64,000 nt of DNA. Origin: Piromyces finnis finn. Taxonomy: Eukaryota; Fungi; Neocallimastigomycota. Numbering within the stretch: the first letter of the stretch is position 1; each line of letters opens with the position of its first letter. Below, piece by piece: positions 1 through 12,505 of this stretch. The stretch lies in assembly GCA_002104945.1 (NCBI GenBank), contig MCFH01000059.1, positions 259,666-323,665 of the forward strand, written 5' to 3'. Under the pieces are notes generated by a model. That model was not told the origin of the DNA. It saw only the letters and a program-made list of their open reading frames with translations, and did no database searches. Made by a program: the position numbers and the translations under genes.

Positions 1-1
1 A

Positions 2-142
2 TGGGCTAGAGTTAATACAAATTTCTGGGACTATGTTACTAGATATGCAAACATTTTATACGACATGGCTTCGCATAAAGGTATAAAAAACAAAATTCCA
101 GATGAGGTATTTTATAATAAAAAAGTAATTTTAAAATATATT
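2..142 (+). pseudogene. Ty1/copia integrase C-terminal fragment
   Basis: Frame 2 reads WARVNTNFWDYVTRYANILYDMASHKGIKNKIPDEVFYNKKVILKYI, homologous to the copia E integrase end at ~12640-12510 (minus). Confidence 0.75.
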
Positions 143-173
143 CTTACTTTTATAATAAATTTTAACTATTTTA

Positions 174-1280
174 TGTAAAGATATAAAATATATCTTTAAA
201 TTATTTAATAATTAATTAATAATTATTGAATAATAATTTTGATATTTTAATGAAAAATGGTTTATAAAATTTATTGTATAAATTTTATGGAATAATTAAA
301 TAAAGATTAATTTTAAAATATCAAAGTTAGAAATAAAAATTGGATAAATATTTAAATTAATGGATAATTAAATTTAAATATTTTAAATATTCAAATTAAA
401 TCTTAAAAAGTTTTTATTTAATTAAAATTAATTTAATAATTTTAGTGTAGTTTTAAATTAGCATTTTTTAATAGCAAATATATAATAAATAATATTATTA
501 ATATTTAATTAATATATAGGTAATACATGGACTGTATTCAATTTGTAGTTTACTCAAATTGAATCAAAAGTGTATTTAATTAGTTTTAGTTTAGTTTTAT
601 TATTTTATTATTTAATTAAATTAGTATTAAATTAGTTTTGTTTATTTTATATTGAATATATGTGTAATTTGTAACGAAATATTATAATAATAAACACACA
701 CACTCCAATGTATCAAATATATGTATTTTTTTTTAATAATGTTTATTTATTAAATTTATTATTATAATACGACTAACTCGCTAGGTCAGTGTATTATCAA
801 ACTAAAGACGAAACAAAAAAAAAACTAATTTTTATTAATTATTAATAAAAACACTAAAGAACTATTTTATCTTTCTTATTCTCTCTTTTATACATGAAAA
901 TTATTTTTTTTTTTTTTAATACAATTTGATAAGTGAATTAATTACTTAATGATTGGTTATAAAAATATAATTATGAAATTTTCATTAATCTAACCTTAAT
1001 GATTTTCTAGTCTAACCCTTATCATTAGATATACCTCATTACATAATTAAATAGAATAGTATATTAAAATATAATTTACAAAAATTATAAATACATGTAA
1101 AATTTCTTGATTAAAACAATGTAATTGTTATTGACTATTATTTAGTTAATAACTAAATAAAAATAACAAAAGAAATATTTTAAATATAATTTATTTTCTT
1201 GTCTCTTTTTTATTTATTTTGTGTTTAGTGTTTTATTGTAAAAATTTTATAATCTGTTTTGATATATAAAACCTTTTACA
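174..1280 (+). mobile_element. Solo LTR of gypsy family A, interrupted by solo LTR B
   Basis: TGTAAAGATAT...CTTTTACA, near-identical to 24834-25559; TSD TTTTA at 169-173 and 1281-1285. Confidence 0.9.
670..1043 (-). mobile_element. Solo LTR of chromovirus family B
   Basis: Reverse complement of the B LTR (31378-31774) with a shorter A-run; TSD TAATT at 665-669 and 1044-1048. Confidence 0.92.
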
Positions 1281-1769
1281 TTTTATTATTTTATATGTTA
1301 ATTTTATTATTATTATATATTTTTTTAATGTGTTTTTGAAAGAAAAGCTTCAATAATAAAGCATAAATTTTATCTATAACTATTTCTTTAACACTAAGGT
1401 ATTAAGTCTATCATTATAAGGAGTTTTTATTGTAAAGAAATGTGTTCTTAACAATAAAAGAAATTTATAATAATTTACCAAAATAACCTAGTAAATATAA
1501 AACACTTTTAATTACTGTTAATTATTAATATTTAAAATTATTATTAAAAACACACAATTTCTAACTTAATAGGTTAGTGTTTAACAATAATTTATTAATT
1601 AATAAAAACTCACTTTTCTTAAATTATTTAGAAAAATTCACTCGTATTTATATAAAAATTTTAAAATTAATTTAAAAGATTTTTTACAACTTAAATTTCT
1701 TAACCAATTAAAGAATTTCGTGTTAGTAAAAAATCAAAATAAAAAATTAAAATAAAATAAATAAAGTAA

Positions 1770-1836
1770 TTTAGAGGTCTCAAACTCAAGACATTCGGAC
1801 CAAAGTCTTAGTTACTAACCACTAAGACAATTTCAT
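1770..1836 (-). other. Degenerate tRNA-like (Gln-like) sequence
   Basis: Minus strand TTGTCTTAGTGGTTAGTAACTAAGACTTTGGTCC...GAGTTTGAGACC has A-box- and B-box-like motifs but does not fold as a complete cloverleaf. Confidence 0.45.
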
Positions 1837-1848
1837 TATTTCTACGAT

Positions 1849-2344
1849 TGTAAGAAATATTCGTGGCCATAAGTTTGCCCACAAATATTTCAATTGAAAC
1901 CATATATTCTGGTTACCATCTATTGGCCAGATATATGCATAATCATATATTAATGGTTATTAATTAAATAGGAAGTTTATTTGCCTTACCCAATCAAGTG
2001 GTAAAGGAAATAAACTAGAATAGTTAAATAGAATAGTGTAAACAAACGCTAAATACTTTAGCATTAGTATTAAAGTAAATTAATAATTATAATAACAATT
2101 AATGTATGATAATTATAAATAATAAATAAAAGATGTAATTAAAAATAATTATTTAAGTAAATTTATTTCATAATAATATTTATATATATTTATATTTATT
2201 TTTGTGTTATAATATTTATTTTAGTTCTTTTATTATTTTTTATAAAACTTTATTTAGTTATTAACTCGTATAAAGAGGTAATAACTAACTTAATTAACTA
2301 AATAGTGATAACTTATTAACTAATTTTATAATAAACCTTTTACA
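1849..2344 (+). mobile_element. Solo LTR family F
   Basis: TGTAAGAAAT...CCTTTTACA; TSD ACGAT on both sides; inverted homolog at 9967-11073. Strand is relative only. Confidence 0.88.
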
Positions 2345-2389
2345 ACGATTCTGATAAATAATTAAATCTATAAATTATAAATTAATAAT

Positions 2390-2482
2390 AATCATAATAA
2401 TAATAACAATAATTTAAACACAGATAAAAATTAAAATATTTAACATGTATAAAATTATTAAATTAAAAATTATAAATGTAAA

Positions 2483-2513
<31 letters not shown>

Positions 2514-3000
2514 TAAATTAAATAGTCTATATTTGTTTATAATTATACTTTAAAATAATAATTTTGTATAAATAGTAATAGAAAACATTCATTTTAAAAG
2601 ATGTTCCTAATAATCCAGAGTGAAAAATTAGATATATATTTTTAAATATTAAATTCAAAAATGATTTTATAATAAAACTTATTTTTAAAAAGGTTACTAA
2701 TAATCCCTGAAAATTAGAATATAAAACATACATTTTTTTTATTTAATAATACTAGAATTATTAAATAATGATATAATTTTATAATTAAATAAACTTTATT
2801 TTATAAAACTAATACTTGAAAATGAACAAGTATAAAAATCATTTATTTTTATTTTCTTTATTTTTATTTATTAAATATTTTTTTTAGATACAGATATTAT
2901 CACTTTCTATAGTAAAATATAGAATTAAGATAATATTCTCTATTGTATCAATTCTGATAAATAATAATTATAAATATATTATAAATTTGATATTAGTAGA
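2390..3000 (-). repeat. AT-rich interspersed repeat (family K)
   Basis: Reverse-complement similarity to ~55400-55990 (e.g. AAAAGATGTTCCTAATAATCCAG / CTGGATTATTAGGAACATCTTTT). Boundaries approximate. Confidence 0.7.
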
Positions 3001-4635
3001 ATATTTTATTATAAAAATAATTAAATAATTTTATATAAAAATTATAATTTACATAAAATCAAATATTTTATAAATTTATATATTTGATTGGGTTAAATTA
3101 TAAAAATAATTTTTAATATAAAAAATAATATTTTTTAGTACAAAATAAGAAGACTTAGACTATTAATAAGAAGTAAAAGTTTTAATAATAATTAATATAG
3201 TTAATTAAATAATACATAATAATATTTAGAAGACAAAAATAAGTTTTTATATAATAAGAATTATTGTTAAAAAGAGTGAAAAACAATAAATAAAAGAAAA
3301 TATAAAAACGAAATTAAACTTGTCTAATTTGTAATTATTGTGTTAATAATAAATAATATTTTATGGAATAAATCTGGTGTTATTATTCTATATAAATATT
3401 ATTAAAATAATAAAACTATTAAGATTATAAAACAAATTAAATCTATTAAATAAAACTAGTAGATATTGTTAAAGTTCGTACAATAACTGTCGAGATAAAG
3501 CAATATAAGATAACAGAAGAAGTAGTTAAAAAGTTGTAATATAACTACCAATCCGTTATCAATTCGTTACAATATGTTTCTTTTATGTTGTAGTAATTTA
3601 ATATTAGTTTATTTATAATTTATTATATTAGGTGAAAATATTTTATTATTATTATTAACTTCTCTTATTAATAATTTCACTTATAATCTTTTCTTATCAA
3701 TTATTAAAACTCTTCTCTCATTATTAATTATTTTTACATGGATATTTTTATATTATAAAATTCCTATAATATAATTGAATATCAATTATATAATGTAATG
3801 TATTTATAATATATGAATAATAATTAAATAGGATATAATATAATATATTTTACATTTTATATGAAATATTACTATATAAGGAAAGGTAATGTAATACAAA
3901 TAAGTATTACAATAAAATTAATACTAATATATAATATTAATATATGAGAATATAATGGAATATGTACATGAATTCTATAACTAATATATAAATAATGTAT
4001 TATAATATATATCAATTATTATATTATTATTATGAAATATTATACATAAATTTTTAAATATGAAATTATATATTTTAAATATGGCTAATATGTAGCTAGA
4101 CATATTAATTTCATATCATAAATATTTAACATGAATATATAAAAGTATGTTTCCATAAATTCCATAATATCAAAAATGTTTAGATTAAACTTAAATCCAA
4201 TCTTTGTTAAGCTGATAAAGCTAGTATTGTCTCCATTAGTAAATATTTTATAAACAAAAACTTTTTTCAAGGTTTGAAAAATCTACTTCTATATCTGTTT
4301 AATATTTGTCTATAAAAGTTAAATACAGAATGAAATAAAATGTAAAGAAAAAAATATAAAAATTTTATTGAAACAATAAATTCTAAATTTATATTAAAAA
4401 AAAAAAAAAAAAGAAATGTTATATTAATATTATATTAATATGCAGTAAAAAAGAACAACTAATAAGATCAATTATTAAATTATATAATTTATATTATTAC
4501 TAATAATACTCAAAATATCTTAATATTCAAGATTTGTCTCTTTCTATACCATGTTTTAGATATGACATGGAAAGGTCAAAAGAAAATGTTTAATAAAATA
4601 ATTATTTATTTAATATTATGCTATTTTTTGTCGTT

Positions 4636-4672
<37 letters not shown>

Positions 4673-4741
4673 TATAATAAAGATTATTTTAAAAATAAAT
4701 TATTTTAAAGTTATTTATAATTTAGCATAAACATAAAATAT

Positions 4742-7073
4742 TTAGATTTTTGATAACAAATATTTATATTCATTTATTAAAGATTGATAAGTTTCTTCTA
4801 ATTTTTCATATCTTTCATTCTTTTCCATTTGACTAATAACATCCTATTTTATATTTAAAAACATAAAATTATTATAATATTAGATATTAATCAGAATACC
4901 AATATAATATGTAATATTTTTTAATATATTTGCTTACATAATTTTGTTTAAAAATTCTACGCTTTACTTGTAAACGATACTTCTTTACCTTTTTAGGATC
5001 ATTACTTTGAAGTTTTTTTAATAACATTATTTCAAGATATCTGTGAGATTGTCTCTTTAGTAATTAAATCATAGCATTATAATAAATAATAATTAATAAA
5101 TAACACAATATTAGTTATTTATTATTGTTTTTAATATTTACCTTACTAAATTTATAATCATTTTGGATTTTTAGTAAAATTGGGTGATAAACAGGTACAG
5201 GTGCTTCCAGGTTGTCAAAAATGTTCGTAGATAATAAAAGTCTTAAATCAATTATATCTCTCATATCAGAAAAATTTTCATTTGGATCTTCAACTATTAA
5301 TTTTTATGTTATATTATAGTTTTATAATTATTATAATATTCTATTATAATAGGATGTCGGCTATATATATGTTATACCATTTAATTTTAATTAATTACCA
5401 TTAATACATGCAATTTGCTTATCTTGAGAATATATTTCATATAACTTTTGATATAATTTTTCTGTATATTTTTTTGTTATTATTATTATTATTTAGCAAT
5501 TTATATATTCAATTATGAAATTAATATCCAAGGGTTTTTTAAACAATAAATAATAATACATTTATTAAGGAGTTAATATATAAATTTAAATGATATGAAT
5601 ATACCTCCATGTCTCTTTCTTTGATATGGGGGCATGATTAAAAATTGACTATTAAAAAAGGAGTAACAATATTATTAATTATTAAAATATTTTTTAAATC
5701 ATAATTATAAAATAAAAAATATTTATTTTAATTTGTATACCTAATTCTCATTTTTATTTTATCTGGGTATACATAGAACGGGTAGCAAGTACAATAACCA
5801 ACTAAATTATATGTAACATATTCGCCAGTATTTACTTTTTGATAACTATTTAATGTTTTATAATTTGTTATTAATTATAATGATTATAATGATTATAATG
5901 ATAAAAATTAATATATAAACAAAGTATAATAATATTTTACAGCGTATAAATAATCCATTTTTTATCAGTTTCATCAATGTATGAAGCTCCTTCAATGGTC
6001 CATAATAAAAAAAGTTGTAATCTTCTATGATATTTTTTAAATTCTGGTGTGTTTAATGAACACTTTATTTTCATATTAATTATATATTAATTATTTTATT
6101 ATGGAAGAAATATGAATATAATATATAATACAATAAAAAACTTTACTTTATAATATTCATAAACTATTGAATCATCTTCATTTTCTAGTCTATATTCTGA
6201 TACTTTTTCACCATAAGGTTTAAATGTTTTTGCTTTTATTTCTACTAAATGTAAAAATTCATCTAAACTTGAAGTATATGATTCTTATTGTTATTGTTAA
6301 GTGTAAAAAAACGTTATAATTAATAATATTATTATAGTACAAAATATTTTAATATTTGCTATTGAGAAAAGTTTTATTTACCTTTTAAATGAGGCAGAAT
6401 TTTACTTTTTACATCTTCTGCCGGTGGTATTGCAGTTATATTAATAGGAAGTTCAATTGTATTTTTAATTTTTTCTGGATCTATTTTTTGATCATAATCA
6501 ATGTGGAAATATGTGTCAAGTGAACCTGAACAATAAAATAACTTATTTATTAAATATTATTATTAAAATAAAGTAAAAATTATTATTATATGTTGATTTG
6601 TTTTCAATATTATTTAATTTTATATTATACTAACTTGAATTTTTAAATTTTTATAACCATAAATTTTTTCCTCAAACCCGAATAATGGATATGAAAATGA
6701 AGGATGAAATGAATTTTTTTTTAAATAATCAATTTTATTTTCTTCATTTAATATTTCATTTGCCTTAACTGAAAAATAAAATTATTATTTATGCCAAAAT
6801 TTAATTTAAATTAAAAGAAATAAATTAATAAGTTACCAAGAGAAATTTCAATTGCATTATTAGAGCTATTAACCCATTGTTCAAGGGCTTTTTATAATGA
6901 ATTCAGTAATTAAAAAAAATTAAAAAAAATATACATAGGAATTTATGCAATTAGTATAATTATACTTTTGAAATTGCTATTTTTAGAAAATTTTAACTTT
7001 GAAAATATATATATATATATATATATTAAAATCATTTTAGTCTTATTACATAATATATATATATACCTTGCAT
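4742..7073 (-). CDS. HAT1: Histone acetyltransferase type B catalytic subunit (multi-exon)
   Basis: Spliced by eye via GT-AG introns: MQALEQWVNSSNNAIEISL...FHPSFSYPLFGFEEKIYGYKNLKIQ...FKPYGEKV...YHRRLQLFLLWTIEGASYIDETDKKW...RISQFLIMPPYQRKRHG...VEDPNENFSDMRD...YRLQVKRRI...YLLSKI*. Not in the ORF track because the exons are short. Confidence 0.9.
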
Positions 7074-9966
7074 TTCTATTTTATTATTATTATTATTAAG
7101 TAGGTTTCTTATTCTAATAAAAGGATATAATCTAAGACAACAAACTAGATGTTTAGTATTTTAAAAAAAAAAAAGAAATAATTGTTAACAATTATAATTA
7201 ATAAATACATACTTTTATTTGTATATCATATATTTATGTACACACGTGTCTAACTTATTGATTATATGTAGAAAAGAAGAAAGAATTTAACTTTAAATAA
7301 TATATGTTTTATTAATAACTTTATTTATTACATTCCAATATTTCTATTCTGTCTAAATACTAAAACGTTCTGTCGTTGTCAAATATGAAAATTCTAACTT
7401 AAACAAGAAGCCCTTTTTAATAGTATTTATTCTAGTCTGTTTATACTAATGAGGCTTACTTTATAACTAATTGTCCAATTATAAGGCTGGAACTATATGG
7501 ATCATTCATTTACATTATTCTTTTACATTACATGATATTACATTTGCCGTACATTTACATTACATTCTTGTACATTGTAGAAACTGTTAGAATTTTAGGT
7601 TTTTTAATATTTACTTTATTATGGTAATTTATTAATATTTCATTACAAAGATTTAATTAACAATTACAAGTTTGTATTTATACTAAAATTTATGGCTTAT
7701 GCTCTAATACATACATTATCAATACATTACATTATATTAAATACATTTTACTAATGAATAAGGTTTAAAATAAAATTTGAGATTTTCTAACATTCCCCCT
7801 CAAACTTGATTTCATTTTGAAATTCAATGTTTGGAAGTTTTGTTTTAAAATATATAAAATGAAATAAAATAAAATAAGATAAAATAAAATAAAATAAAAA
7901 AAATTTTTTTTTTTAATAGAACTTTGTCAGATTATTATTGAATGTATAGATAAGTTTAAGTAAATATAAAGTGTAATAAAGTAATTAATTTTTTGTGCAA
8001 CTTATTATTTTACAATAATTTTATCTGTAAAATTTCTAATTTTTGTAGAATTTAAATTTTTTGTGAGTGCATCAGCCAACATATCATTTGTGTTCTTATA
8101 TTCTAGCTTTACTCTTTTATTTATAATATTATCCTTGTTGAAGTAGTATTTTATTGAGATATGTTTGAGTTTTGGGTTGGCTTCTCCATTTTCAATAATT
8201 ACTTTGCTTGATTTGTTGTCCGTAAATATTGTAATGATTATTTTTTGGTTGAATAATTCCTTTATTAAGTTTCTTATCCATAAGACCTTTTTTACACATT
8301 CTGAGGTGTTAATGTATTCTGCTTCTGCAGTTGATGTAGCAACTATGGGTTGTTTTTTCGAAAACCAGCAGATAGGAGAGTTTCCCATAAGTATTATATG
8401 ACCAGATGTTGATTTTCTGTCTTTGGTGTCCCCCGCAAAATCTGCATCTGTATAGGATATAATAAAACCTTTTCCGTCGTATTTCAGTTTGTAATGAATT
8501 GTGTTGTGTAAATACTTAAGGATAATAAGGACACAATGCCAATCTGATACAGTAGGATTTTCACAATATCTAGCAGCTTTGTGTACTGCAAAAGAAATAT
8601 CCGGTCTGGTGCATTTTGCAAGGTAAATGAGGGATCCTAATGCACTTTTATATGTTGTGGCGCTAATTTTTCATCACGCATTTGTGGCTTGTCAATACAA
8701 CATGGAGTATTACATCGATAAGCGTAATTAGTGTTAATAACTCCAAAGTTTTGTAAAAGATTTTCAATAAAATTTCTTTGCGAAATAAAATAGGAGTAGC
8801 TAGATTTTTCAACAGTTATGCCTAATAAGTAATGGATTTTTCCATAATTTGAAATATTAAATTTGTTATTGATCTTATTTATTATGGATTCGATGATGTT
8901 AATATCGCCACAGATGATCATATCATCAACGTAAATACCAAGAATGCATATTGTATTATTGTTATGAGGTTTTTTAAATATACATGGTTCTGATTTAAGC
9001 TGGTAGAAATCTGAATTAATGAGAAAACTTGAAATGATAAGATACCATTGTCTTCCGGATTGTCGGAGACCATATAATGCTTTGTTGAGTAGCCAATATC
9101 CTTTGTTGTAGTTCTTGTCACCGGGAGGTATTGTGGCGTAGATTTCTTTATCAAGTTTAGCGTTTAGATAAGCGGCTTTAATATCCAGTTGGTAAATTTC
9201 CCATTTAAGTTTAGCAGCAGTAGAGATGATAAACTTTAAACTATCAGAATTTAATGTTGGAGAATAGGTTAAGTCAAAATCGGTCATGTAAACTTGAGTG
9301 AAATCTCTGGCTACGAGTCTGGCTTTATATTTGGTGATATTATTATTTTCATCCCTCTTGATGGTGAATACCCATTTTGTGGAAACTAATTTTCTTTCTT
9401 TGGGAATTTCGGGAACAAAAGTCATGATTTTATTAGAATATTAATTGTTAAGTTCTTCACTAATTGCATTGATCCAGTGTGATTTATTGGAACACGTAGT
9501 GGCTTGTTTGTAATTAAATGGAATATCTGATTTATATGTATACGTGGATTCTTCTAAATTTAAAACCAGTCTTTCGCTATCATTAAGCAGTGGTGAATCA
9601 TATGGATGTTTTTTAGGGATATTGATGTTTGACTGTTCATTTATGTAACCTGAAATTGTTTTATTATCATTATTTGGAACATTTGAATTATTGTCTGAAT
9701 CCTTGTATTTAGTTTTATTTTCAAAAGTTGTATTGGCATTTTCATTTGTGGCGTCGTAGTTTTTATTAATATTATTGTTATTGTTGAAAAAATTATTATT
9801 ACAGTATTCGAATGTGGCGTTATTATTCATGACATCATTAAAATTCTTATCCATTTGTTCATTGGTGTTATCAATCCCAGTATTAAGTCTTTCAAATATA
9901 TTGTAGTAGTTGATGTTTGTATTGTAGTTTGGATGATTGTTAGTGTTATTGTAACGAATCTGTTTA

Positions 9967-11073
9967 TGTAAAAGGTTTTTTTATATTATTAGTTAATAAG
10001 TTATTAATTTAGTTAATTAAGTTAGTTATTACCTCTCTATATGAGTTAATAGCCAAGTAAAGTTTTATATAAAATAATAAAAGAAATAAAATAAATATTA
10101 TAACACTAAAATAATTATAAACAAACGTATAAAGATTTTATGAGATAATGTTTACTTAAATAATTATATATTAATTATATCTTTTATTTATTAATTATAA
10201 TTATATACATTATTTATTACTATAGGTATTAATTTACTTGTAATGTTGAACACTGAAAGAATAGATTAGGATATCTATTCTATTACAATAACACAAAAAT
10301 TTGAAAATTAAAATAAAAAATTGTTTTATAAAATATCTTTTATTATAGTAGAATTTTAATAATAACAATTACATCGATAAAATGATGAAAAATATCTTCT
10401 ATTTATATTTTTCCTAAATACATTTATATTATATTATAACTATTTATTTCTTATATATTATTATTTAAAATCTACACTAAAATCTTAATTATTAATAAAT
10501 ATTTAAACTATAACTATTTTTAGTAAAATACAATTGGCAATTCAAATTAAGTACCATATAATTTGAATATGTGCCCATGTATTATTGATATATTAATCAT
10601 TTATTATTTATCTATTTCTATAAAAAAACAATACTAAAACTAGGGATTTAAATTGAGAATATTAATTTACTTGTTAAACATTAAAAATAAATTAATAATT
10701 TATTTTGTTTTAAACTTTAATTATTAATAAATAAATTATGTCTCATTTTCTTTTTCTGAATATAATTTGTGTAACTTAAACAATAATACTTGTGGCTTAA
10801 GTTACATTAAAGATATCAAACAGAGGCGTTTGATATCTTTACATTACTTTAATACTAACGCTAAAGTATTAAACGTTAGTTTTAGCTATACTATTTAACT
10901 ATATTAGTTTATTTTCTTTACCACTTGATTGGGTAAAGCAAATAAACTTCCTATTTAATTAATAACCATTAATATATGGTTATGCATATATCTGGCCAAT
11001 AAATGGTGACCAGAATATATGGTTTCAATTGAAATATTTGTGGGAAAACTTATGGCCACAAATATTTCTTACA
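9967..11073 (-). mobile_element. Solo LTR family F nested in LTR I
   Basis: Inverted homolog of 1849-2344; TSD GTTTA/ATTTA (4 of 5). Confidence 0.8.
10239..10843 (-). mobile_element. Solo LTR family G nested in LTR F
   Basis: TGTAATGTTG...GATATCTTTACA; TSD TTACT on both sides; near-identical to 44953-45567 inverted. Confidence 0.92.
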
Positions 11074-11089
11074 ATTTATTATTAAATTT

Positions 11090-11160
11090 AGAAAGTTGTC
11101 CTAGTCGTAGAGTACTAAGACTATGAATCAAACTATCATAGGTTCGATTCATACTGTTTC
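11090..11160 (+). other. Degenerate tRNA-Gln-like sequence within LTR I
   Basis: GTTGTCCTAGTCGTAGAGTACTAAGACTATGAATC...GGTTCGATTC: perfect B box and a GACT(A)TGAATC anticodon-arm-like motif. Confidence 0.5.
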
Positions 11161-11716
11161 CAACAAAATTAATTAGTAATTGTTTTACATAATTAATGTT
11201 TCATTATTTTTCTTAGATTTTATTAATTAAATTATTTAATCAAATCAAATTAAAGATTTAGAATTATATATTTTTTTGATTGGATTGTTTAAATATTGAA
11301 AAAATATAAATAGATGTAAAATTAAAAAATATATAAAATTTTTCTTTTGTGTTTTTATTAACAAACAAAATTAATAAAAAGAAAAAAAATAAAATCAACA
11401 AAATATATTTTTTCTAAATAAATTATTTTCTTGGGTGTAAACCTGTTGAATCAACAAAGCTTCTTAATTAATAAAAAATTAAATTAAGAAGTGTTACAGT
11501 TATACTGGTTATTGAACGTAAAATTTCCTGGCTCCTCTTCAAGAAAAACAGTTTCTCTTACTAAATGAATAGATTGATCACGGGTATCCATAATTATATA
11601 ACAATTTGTGTCGAATTTTATTCCCAAGAATATGCCTTTTTGTGAATTAGTTTCAAATTTAGACGCTTTATTTTGAATCTTGCTGTAGTAGGATACACAG
11701 CCAAATACTTTGATTT

Positions 11717-12505
11717 TGTAAAAGTATAAAATTTAAAACAGATTTCATACTTAAAACAAAACAATTTTTATTAACACAAAAATAAAAAAATAAAACATTA
11801 AATTTTTATTTTAAAAATCATTTTATTTAAAACTCTTAAAAAGATTATTAACTATATAATAGTTAATAATTAAAAAATTGAAAATAACAATTACATCGAT
11901 TTAATAAACAAAAATTACATGTATTTATATTTTTTCATAATTATATTCTAATATATTATTCTATTTAAATAAACATATATTTAATATAAAATAAACAAAA
12001 CTAATTTAATTAAATAATAAAATAACAGAACTAAACTAAACTAATTCATTATACTTTTAATTCAATTTGAGTAAACTCAAAATTGAATAAAGCCCATGTA
12101 TTTTCTATAAATTAATTTAATATTATCAACACTATTCTTAATATATTTCCTATTGAAATATAAATAAATCTATTTTTAAAACTAAGTTAAAATTATTAAA
12201 CTATTCTAAATTTAAATAAAAAAGTATAATCTATTCTAAAATTAAATAAAAAGTATTTAAAAAAATATCTTAATTATTTAAAATATTTGAAATATTTAAA
12301 TTTAATTAAAATTCTTTTATTCCTTAAACTTAAATATTTATCTTAATTTAAATTTAACGGAATTATTATAAAATAATTTATTATTAAATTATTCCATAAA
12401 ATTTATTCAAAAATTTTATAATCAGTTTTACTAAATATTAATTTATTATTTAATAATTAATAATTAATTATTAAATAATCTAAAGATATATATTATATCT
12501 TTACA
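11717..12505 (-). mobile_element. Diverged solo LTR family A inside the copia E integrase
   Basis: Ends ATATCTTTACA; TSD GATTT at 11712-11716 and 12506-12510. Confidence 0.88.

Larger units (their letters stand above)
9950..11498. mobile_element. Solo LTR family I inserted in copia E, carrying a tRNA-like segment
   Basis: TGTAACGAAT...GTGTTACA; TSD GTTAT at 9945-9949 and 11499-11503; the copia E frame rejoins on removal. Confidence 0.8.

Noticed and set aside
2527-4270. Short AT-rich ORFs (2527-2733, 4085-4270; likewise 17515-17715, 59191-59397)
   Set aside because: Low-complexity I/F/K/N-rich translations of repeats, LTR or intergenic DNA.
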